From Candidatus Woesearchaeota archaeon (GTDB lineage Archaea > Nanobdellota > Nanobdellia > Woesearchaeales > 0-14-0-80-44-23), in the NCBI GenBank assembly GCA_038874135.1, contig JAVZCZ010000001.1:448001-512000 (forward strand): DNA of 64,000 nucleotides, given 5' to 3'. Shown here in pieces: positions 57,393 through 64,000 of this stretch (position 1 is its first letter; every line of letters starts with the position of its first letter). The notes under the pieces are model-generated. The model saw only the letters and a list, made by a program, of their open reading frames with translations. It was not told the DNA's origin and did not search any database. The position numbers and the translations under genes were made by a program.

Positions 57393-57995
57393 TCATATGT
57401 CTATTATCTTTCCCTTCCTACCTACATTTATGACGCGCGTTTTGCCTATCATCTCTTCAAGGCCTTCTGCCTCGTGCACGTGACTGCACAGCAGGATGTC
57501 AGGCTTCAAGCGCTCAACCGCTCTTCTGACGCCGTCACTTCCCTTGAAGAAGTCTGTCATCTTTTCCATTAGCGTGCCTGAGGGGTGAACGTGAGTTACC
57601 ATTATCTTCTTATCAGCATCCCTCACTCCTTCAAAGCCCTTTTTGAGCAGGTTGTATATCTCAGATTCGGAAAGTTTGAAAAGGCCTATGTTGGCGCCGC
57701 CAGCTCCGAATATTCCTACATTCTTATACCTTACTGAGTAGCCGTGAAGGTTAACTGCTCCATAGAGCCTTGAAAGGAAGTCTGCAGTGGCTAAAGTCTC
57801 GTGGTTTCCGGGCACTAGCAGAACTTTCTTATTCTTCTTCACGAAGGGACCTATAAGGTTCTCTGTTGAGCGCTCACCATATGTTATGTCGCCGCATATT
57901 ACCACTAAGTCAACATTCTTCTTTTCAGCCTCTTCAGCCAGCTTCTTGGCAAGCCCGACATCTCCGTGGATGTCCCCAAATGCTAGAATTCTCAT
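57393..57995 (-). CDS. Calcineurin-like metallophosphoesterase
   Basis: GDIHG, CGDI, PGNHE, THVHP, SHVHE. Confidence 0.9.
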   Translation of the reverse strand: MRILAFGDIHGDVGLAKKLAEEAEKKNVDLVVICGDITYGERSTENLIGPFVKKNKKVLLVPGNHETLATADFLSRLYGAVNLHGYSVRYKNVGIFGAGGANIGLFKLSESEIYNLLKKGFEGVRDADKKIMVTHVHPSGTLMEKMTDFFKGSDGVRRAVERLKPDILLCSHVHEAEGLEEMIGKTRVINVGRKGKIIDI

Positions 57996-58621
57996 TTTCT
58001 TATTATTCCCTTAATCACTTTTGATATTGGAAGAATTTCCCTCTTTTGAGCCCTGCTAACTATTCTGACCTGCTCTCCGGAAAGGTCTATGATTGTTGAT
58101 GGATACCCCTTCTTTTCCCCTTCATAAATTATCAGGTCCATCTTTTCTTTTATCTCGGGGTTAAGATTTTCAAGAGAAGTCATAAACTCCTCTCCGGTTA
58201 TGTTAGCACTAGTTGTCACTACAGGTATTCCGAGCTGGCTTACAAATTCTGAAAACCAGTGGTTCGGAATTCTGACACCAATCGTCTCCCAGCCGTTATT
58301 GACTTCCTTGGCAACTGCGTTTCTATTCTTAAGCTTGAATATTAGGGTGTATGGGCCTGGCAGCTTCTTTATCCATTCTTCTGCAAATTGCGGGACTACG
58401 CAGTTCCTGTATATCCAGTCAATGTTTGGAATTATTATTGAGAATGGCATTATCTCCCTCTTTTTGATTGTTCTAACCCGCTGAACGCATTTGCTCTTGT
58501 TTGCCACGCACCCTATCCCGTAGATTGTATCTGTCGGGTGTATGAAGATTGCACCCTGTCTTATTATCTCTAGGAATCTTTGCTTGTTTAGTATGAATTC
58601 CTCTTTTGAAACTATTTCCAT
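57992..58621 (-). CDS. Threonylcarbamoyl-AMP synthase (YrdC/Sua5 family, short form)
   Basis: PTDTIYGIGC, K-x-R, LPGPYT, GVRIP, TTSAN, PSTIID; likely start MEIV (58621). Confidence 0.9.
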   Translation of the reverse strand: MEIVSKEEFILNKQRFLEIIRQGAIFIHPTDTIYGIGCVANKSKCVQRVRTIKKREIMPFSIIIPNIDWIYRNCVVPQFAEEWIKKLPGPYTLIFKLKNRNAVAKEVNNGWETIGVRIPNHWFSEFVSQLGIPVVTTSANITGEEFMTSLENLNPEIKEKMDLIIYEGEKKGYPSTIIDLSGEQVRIVSRAQKREILPISKVIKGIIRK

Positions 58622-58680
58622 AAGAAAAAGAGAGTGTTCATGAAGTTTAAAAATATTGTTAAAATTTATAAGATAGATGC

Positions 58681-59133
58681 TTATTTGATGCATATCTTGA
58701 GGCTTGCCTTAAGCGGCTTTCCCTGCAATGTTGCCAGAACCACTTCTCCTGAATTCAGGTTTGAGCATTTGGAAAGCTTGTTTATCTCCATTATCTGGCT
58801 CTCTCCATAACTTGCTGTGAATTTGTAGTCTTCCTTTCTCACTCCGAGAGAGCTGTCAAGTATTTGGGTAACTACTTGTTTTACATTTTCACACTCCTTA
58901 CTTTGAGGGTCTTCGCCGCATTTTTCAAGCGCATCCTTTATTGTACCTTCTCCGTAGCTCGTACTTACCAAGGCGTTTACAAAGCTCCAGGCAAGTTTGC
59001 TATACTGAACTTCTTTTGTGACTGAAGGCTTTTTTGCATTTGAAGAGGTCAGTCCCACTACAAAGAGTACTAAGAGAATTAAGATCACTACTGCAATTGC
59101 GATTCCCAATATTTCCGTCTGCGCCCGTCTCAT
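58681..59133 (-). CDS. Pilin-like protein (class III-type leader)
   Basis: MRRA|QTEILGIAIAVVILILLV; paired Cys. Confidence 0.65.
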   Translation of the reverse strand: MRRAQTEILGIAIAVVILILLVLFVVGLTSSNAKKPSVTKEVQYSKLAWSFVNALVSTSYGEGTIKDALEKCGEDPQSKECENVKQVVTQILDSSLGVRKEDYKFTASYGESQIMEINKLSKCSNLNSGEVVLATLQGKPLKASLKICIK

Positions 59134-59609
59134 ATGTAAACCCTCACAGAGAGCATCCCAAAAGAGTACTGTTCTGAAGTTGCATTGTATGCTGTAACTG
59201 GAAATTCAAACAGAGTACTGCTTTTTCCCTTTCCATTTGTAATAATAAATGTGCCAACCTCAGGGTATATCAGAGAGAGCTTTATCTCATAGTTGTATGC
59301 TCTGGAAGAATATGCGCCAAATGCGGTTGAGTAGAATATGTTTTTCTCCTTTTGTTTAAAAACTAAAAACTTATAGATGTCTATGCAGTTCTGCACATCG
59401 CATCTTATCTCAGGCATGTTAAGAATAACCTGAGCAAGGGCAGCTGCTTGAAGCTCTCTCCTATCATTCAGCTGCTGAGATGACAACTCCTGCTGTTTTT
59501 TTGACAAGAACAGCATTGCAAAGAGTATTAGGGCTGTAAAGAAGACTACGGCAAGTATTACTTCTAACATTCTTCCCTGAGCCTTCCCTTTTAGTAAATT
59601 GTTGGGCAT
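59130..59609 (-). CDS. Pilin-like protein (class III-type leader)
   Basis: KGKA|QGRMLEVILAVVFF; PEIRC...CID. Confidence 0.65.
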   Translation of the reverse strand: MPNNLLKGKAQGRMLEVILAVVFFTALILFAMLFLSKKQQELSSQQLNDRRELQAAALAQVILNMPEIRCDVQNCIDIYKFLVFKQKEKNIFYSTAFGAYSSRAYNYEIKLSLIYPEVGTFIITNGKGKSSTLFEFPVTAYNATSEQYSFGMLSVRVYI

Positions 59610-60616
59610 GAGTTCCTCTCCATCATACTTTCTCTTGAAGATATTTTTTGGATGTGACTCTCAAGCTGGGAGAATGTTGAACTATCAGGCTTTAATATTT
59701 GAGGACTGCTGAGGAAGTCGGCATATGCCAAGAGTTCATTTTTCGCTTCTTGAAGGCTCACCTTGCAAACATTACTCTCAACAAAATTAGAAAGCATAAC
59801 TGCACGCTGGGCAGAAAGGTTAATTATCCCGACCAAACGGTTAAGCGCCTTATTAGCGGAGCAGGAATACTCATCAGCATTTTCAGAAAGAACTGCTCCA
59901 GCCATCATCTCGTCACTGAGGTATGCTAATGTATTATGCCCTGTTGGAGTGTAGTAGGTTACGGTTCCAAAGGAGTTCTTTTCTGAGCTTATCTTAACAA
60001 CTGAGACCTGAGTGTTTATCATCTTTTTTACACTGTCTGGCGGTTCCTCATTGAAGTAAACTATCCTAACGCTTTTTCCCTTCCTGCGCTGTATTGCTGA
60101 GGTTATTGATTCAACCTCACCAACTTCTGAAATGTCAGTTCCTTCGGGAAGTATGCGTTTGAGCAGTGGGATCATATAGTCATTTTGCGGGTTTCTGACA
60201 AGCAGGTAGCTATCTGCGGGAGATGTTAGTAGGATTATGCTTCCCGCATTCATGGGTATTTGCCAAGATATGCTCTTCATAAATATGCTGCCAGAATCAG
60301 AGGATAGTTTTTTAGGAGCAAACGCAGAGCCAATATCAACTGGCTGGATTTTTTCATGAACTTGAATTCCGCCATCCTCGCAGCTAAAGGTTGCAGATAG
60401 TTTTCCAAGGTTGATTTGCAAGTAGGACTCCTTCTGAGATGAAGAGTACGCGCTGAGCACTGCAGATTCTAATGAGTCTCTTACTGCAATTGCTTGGTTC
60501 AGTTCTGAGGCTGAGCGTTGTACGGAGATAAATTTGAAAATTACAAACAAGAAGACTCCCGCTCCTATCAGAACATATATCCAGTTTATCTGAGTTTCTA
60601 CTTCAGCCCTTTTCAT
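59591..60616 (-). CDS. Larger pilin-like membrane-anchored protein
   Basis: MKRA|EVETQINWIYVLIGAGVFLF; C-terminal CPTIY. Confidence 0.62.
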   Translation of the reverse strand: MKRAEVETQINWIYVLIGAGVFLFVIFKFISVQRSASELNQAIAVRDSLESAVLSAYSSSQKESYLQINLGKLSATFSCEDGGIQVHEKIQPVDIGSAFAPKKLSSDSGSIFMKSISWQIPMNAGSIILLTSPADSYLLVRNPQNDYMIPLLKRILPEGTDISEVGEVESITSAIQRRKGKSVRIVYFNEEPPDSVKKMINTQVSVVKISSEKNSFGTVTYYTPTGHNTLAYLSDEMMAGAVLSENADEYSCSANKALNRLVGIINLSAQRAVMLSNFVESNVCKVSLQEAKNELLAYADFLSSPQILKPDSSTFSQLESHIQKISSRESMMERNSCPTIY

Positions 60617-60627
60617 TTTTATCAGAA

Positions 60628-63600
60628 CTACTTAGCATGCTTCTTTTTTGAACTGACTTCTTTTTTGCCTTTCGCTATTATTTTTTGCAGCTCCTGCTTT
60701 ATCTTTTCCTTCTCACTTTTTCTGTCTGCAGCTATCTTTTTGAGTTCTGCTCGCATTTCAAGCTCGTCTAAGCTCTTTTCTTCTCTTCTTTTGTTTTCTT
60801 CAGCTTCTTTACTTTCTCGCGGTGCTTCAGCTGGCTGAGAAACCTCAGAGGTGTCATATATTGGGCTTTCTGTTTCTTTCTTGCTGTTATATTCTTCAAA
60901 CTTGCTGAAGAGTTTCGCCCTTTCTTTCTCCCTGACAAGCGCCCTTATTCTGGCAATCTGCTCAGGAGTCATCCCGGCAAACTCCCGTATGTCTGGACGG
61001 GGACCTAATTCAGAGCTTCTTTGTTTACTTAAGAGGATTGGTGACCCTTCTGATCCTTTTCCCAGATTTCTTAGTTGAATTCCTCCACCTTTGAAATCCG
61101 GAGGAGCATTAAATAGTGGTTTCTTGCTTTTCTTCTGCTGGGCAGTGTAGTAATAGTATAATAGTCCTCCCCCGCCAATAATGAGTATTACTATGAGGAG
61201 AATTAAGAGAAGATTGCTTCCTCCAGATGCTGGAGCGCACTTTCTATCTTTACAATTTCCAGATTCGCAGTCTAGGTCGCCTTCACACGCTTTGCCTTCT
61301 GTGCAAGGAGCACAGCTTCCTCCGCAGTCAACATCCGTCTCATCACCGTCTTTTTTACCATCCTTGCAAGTAGAAGTACAGACATCATCTTCACAAATCA
61401 AGGAGCCGTAACAGTCTTTATTAACCTTACACTTTTTGCCCTCGTTGCATGGAGTGCAGCTTCCCCCGCAGTCAACATCTGTCTCATCACCATTCAATGT
61501 TTCGTCGGAACAGGTGTCGTTGGTTGTATTAGTATTTATGGAGCAGAATCCGTTTAGGCAAACAAGACCTTTTTGGCAGTCAGAGTCAAGTATGCAGCTA
61601 GATCCCAAGGGGCAGGGATCACACTCTTTTCCTCCGCAGTCAACTCCAGTTTCTCCATATTCAGAATCTTTCTTATGATTAGTGCAGTGCGGGTTAACTA
61701 TGCAGCGCTTTGTTGTGTTGTCACAAAGTTTTGAGTTGCAATCAGTATTGTTTATGCAGAGCTTTCCATCAGGGCAAGGATCGCAGGAGTTTCCACCGCA
61801 GTCAACATCTGTCTCGTTGCCATTCTTTACGCCATCATTGCATCCTGGGAGTATGCACTTTTTTGAAGTGATGTTGCAAAGCCCCGTCTTGCAGTCACGG
61901 TTTATGGTACAGTTTTTTCCTCCTTCACAAGGAATACAAAATCCGCCGCCGCAGTCAACATCTGTTTCTTGACCGTTCTTTATACCATCCTCGCACGGAT
62001 TGTAACTCAGGTTTATTCTTACGCCGTCGCTCTTATTAAAGCCAACCCTTCCAGAATAATCAGTAACCCACGCGTAGATGTAATAAACACTATTGTTCTT
62101 AAGTTCCAGCCCCTCAATGTAGAAATAGCCATCTTCCGGAGCGCCGCTTTCTGTAAAGTTCTCGGAAATAGAAATTCCATTCTGATCATACACCTGATAG
62201 GAATATTTAGCTATTCCGCAGCTGGGCTCCGGATCATCAGCGCTTATTTTCACTCTCAGTTTTTCTGCTGAGAAGCTTATGTTCTGATATCCTGCATATC
62301 CTGAGGAGTCGTCAACAGAGACTACAGGATCTGCGGAGTCTAAGCGGACTGTAAATTTCTTTTCTGCATAATCTGAATCGCCCACTTGGCAATAGACGAT
62401 GTAATCCTGACTATTCATATTTTCGGGAACGGTGACTGCTGAGTAGAAAGAATAGTCAGAGCCCTGCATCTTATTCGAATTTGAATAATCAGCTTTGCTG
62501 CCCTCATTCCAGAAACACTCTGCCCTCTTGTTTGTAGTAACTTTCAGAGTGAACTCGCGAGAAGATGTGCAGAGGATTGAAGATGGTGTAAGCGGAGGGG
62601 ATTCTATTAATATTTTTAGCGGCGTGCTGGTGTTCACTGTAAATTTTATTGAAGCATTAGATTCAAGTCCAGAAAGCCCAGTGCAGCGCACAATATAATT
62701 ATAAACTTTATTATCAACTAAATCGGTGAGGAGTGCACCCTTGGTATAAGTGTATCCGAAACGAAAGTTTGAATCATCCTTCTCAAAAGGAATCCACACT
62801 GGATAGGTGTTAGCTTCATACTTGAAATATTCGCATGCTGTTGGCTGATCTGTAGTTACTCTCAAATATGTTTTAAGAGGGCTCTCATAAACCGAAGGGG
62901 CTTCAAGAGTTATCTTCGGCCTGGAAGTTATCTTAGTAAAACCGTAAGTGTATGTCCTACCAGCAGGCGAACAATTGAGCATTATGGATATCTCTTTGAA
63001 CTCAGCGATGCTTGAAAGGTCAAGGGGTGCAGAGTATATTAAGGGGTTATTAGTTGAATTTAGTTTCTGTTTGACGCCGCTAGGGTAAACTATTGAGCAG
63101 GGCTGGTCCTCTGGAAGAATATCGCTCAACTGCACCGTGAGATTTAATTTACTCAGATTTGTGTAGACGTGCTGGACATAATCTGGATACTGCACTGGAT
63201 TAGTTATCCAAGCATCTGGCTGTTCATATATTAAAACTTGCGCTTCCTGTCCCCAGTTTCTTTCGTCAATAGTTGTGTAGGTTCCCCAAACTGTTGCAGA
63301 TCCGGGGCTGATTCCTGTAAAAATGTTGGGGCTATCACTGCTCTGCTCTAGAACATAGGCGTTATTAGTTCCGAAGGTTACATTGGGTGTAACATCCATC
63401 TGATAATTATCTCCGTAGTTGACAATTCCTCTAAAAGGAATGCTAGTGCCGACGTAGCTTGCTGCGTAGGGAGGAACTATATAGAATGCAGGGTTAATTA
63501 TGCCTTTCGGCTGCACTATGAGGGAGAAATTAATTGATTTGTAAGATCTGTAGGCTGCATACAATTGTACAGTCCCCTCTTTTTGTCCAACTACGCACTT

Positions 63601-64000
63601 TCCATCTTCAGAAATTGTTGCAATTGAAGTGTTAGTTGAGACGAGCGTGTAATCTTCAACTTTTGTGCAAGAATAACTGCACTCGCTGTCAATCGTGCAT
63701 AAAAAAACATTAATCAGGTTGCATCCGATGCTTCCTTCCGATATTATAAGTTGAGACGGGGAATAGACCTGTAACATTGAATATGAAGCATTCTTAACAA
63801 CACTAATAACGGTATAGTTGCTTCTGATATTACTTCCGTAGGAGTATGTCGCATTAACCTTCGCAGTGCCCAACGCTTTTGCAGTGATATTATTGTCTGC
63901 AATTGTTATTATGTTGGTGTCATTACTGCTGAACACAGCTTGGCTTGAAATCATACTATTTGTGTTATCGCTGTAATAGGCAAAAACTGAGAGTATGCTT
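60628..64000 (-). CDS. Large surface protein with Ig-like domains, five Cys-rich ET(D/G)VDCGG repeats, a TM helix and a charged cytoplasmic tail; 5'-truncated
   Basis: Frame is open to base 64000; Big_2-like motifs (SSNDTNIITI, STNTSIATIS); TM LLLILLIVILIIGGGGLLYYYY. Confidence 0.8.
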   Translation of the reverse strand, partial: SILSVFAYYSDNTNSMISSQAVFSSNDTNIITIADNNITAKALGTAKVNATYSYGSNIRSNYTVISVVKNASYSMLQVYSPSQLIISEGSIGCNLINVFLCTIDSECSYSCTKVEDYTLVSTNTSIATISEDGKCVVGQKEGTVQLYAAYRSYKSINFSLIVQPKGIINPAFYIVPPYAASYVGTSIPFRGIVNYGDNYQMDVTPNVTFGTNNAYVLEQSSDSPNIFTGISPGSATVWGTYTTIDERNWGQEAQVLIYEQPDAWITNPVQYPDYVQHVYTNLSKLNLTVQLSDILPEDQPCSIVYPSGVKQKLNSTNNPLIYSAPLDLSSIAEFKEISIMLNCSPAGRTYTYGFTKITSRPKITLEAPSVYESPLKTYLRVTTDQPTACEYFKYEANTYPVWIPFEKDDSNFRFGYTYTKGALLTDLVDNKVYNYIVRCTGLSGLESNASIKFTVNTSTPLKILIESPPLTPSSILCTSSREFTLKVTTNKRAECFWNEGSKADYSNSNKMQGSDYSFYSAVTVPENMNSQDYIVYCQVGDSDYAEKKFTVRLDSADPVVSVDDSSGYAGYQNISFSAEKLRVKISADDPEPSCGIAKYSYQVYDQNGISISENFTESGAPEDGYFYIEGLELKNNSVYYIYAWVTDYSGRVGFNKSDGVRINLSYNPCEDGIKNGQETDVDCGGGFCIPCEGGKNCTINRDCKTGLCNITSKKCILPGCNDGVKNGNETDVDCGGNSCDPCPDGKLCINNTDCNSKLCDNTTKRCIVNPHCTNHKKDSEYGETGVDCGGKECDPCPLGSSCILDSDCQKGLVCLNGFCSINTNTTNDTCSDETLNGDETDVDCGGSCTPCNEGKKCKVNKDCYGSLICEDDVCTSTCKDGKKDGDETDVDCGGSCAPCTEGKACEGDLDCESGNCKDRKCAPASGGSNLLLILLIVILIIGGGGLLYYYYTAQQKKSKKPLFNAPPDFKGGGIQLRNLGKGSEGSPILLSKQRSSELGPRPDIREFAGMTPEQIARIRALVREKERAKLFSKFEEYNSKKETESPIYDTSEVSQPAEAPRESKEAEENKRREEKSLDELEMRAELKKIAADRKSEKEKIKQELQKIIAKGKKEVSSKKKHAK
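61240..61995 (-). repeat. Five Cys-rich coding repeats
   Basis: ccgcagtcaac recurs near 61322, 61466, 61634, 61796 and 61949. Confidence 0.85.

Overview
Archaeal chromosomal window (aRF1, PCNA, RpoP, L37Ae, prefoldin beta, RadB, CDC48, archaeal initiator tRNA). The gene mix suggests a DPANN archaeon, probably Woesearchaeales/Nanobdellota (inference): bacterial-type TGT and adenylate kinase, 'KxAQ'-type pilin-like proteins and a short AlaRS. Most genes are housekeeping: the por operon, tRNA modification and editing, DNA repair, archease-rtcB and 3 tRNAs. Notable parts: (1) A complete type V-A CRISPR locus (cas12a-cas4-cas1-cas2, 8 repeats/7 spacers). Its Cas12a has a non-canonical PAM-reading helix, and it lies where a strong local strand skew switches sign, next to an ORB-like motif. 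(2) A surface/attack toolkit: a 2255-aa four-TM adhesin-like protein behind an RHH repressor with an 18-bp inverted-repeat operator, next to MoxR-DUF58-vWA and a free-standing copy of its own cytoplasmic domain; a second giant Cys-repeat protein heading three pilin-like genes; and a pilin-like-leader M23 cell-wall peptidase. (3) Smaller oddities: 53 bp of perfect identity between the two AAA domains of cdc48, a subtilase with a downstream stand-alone prodomain-like ORF, and an AlaRS without C-Ala near two AlaX genes. All calls come from motif recognition by eye; no searches were run.
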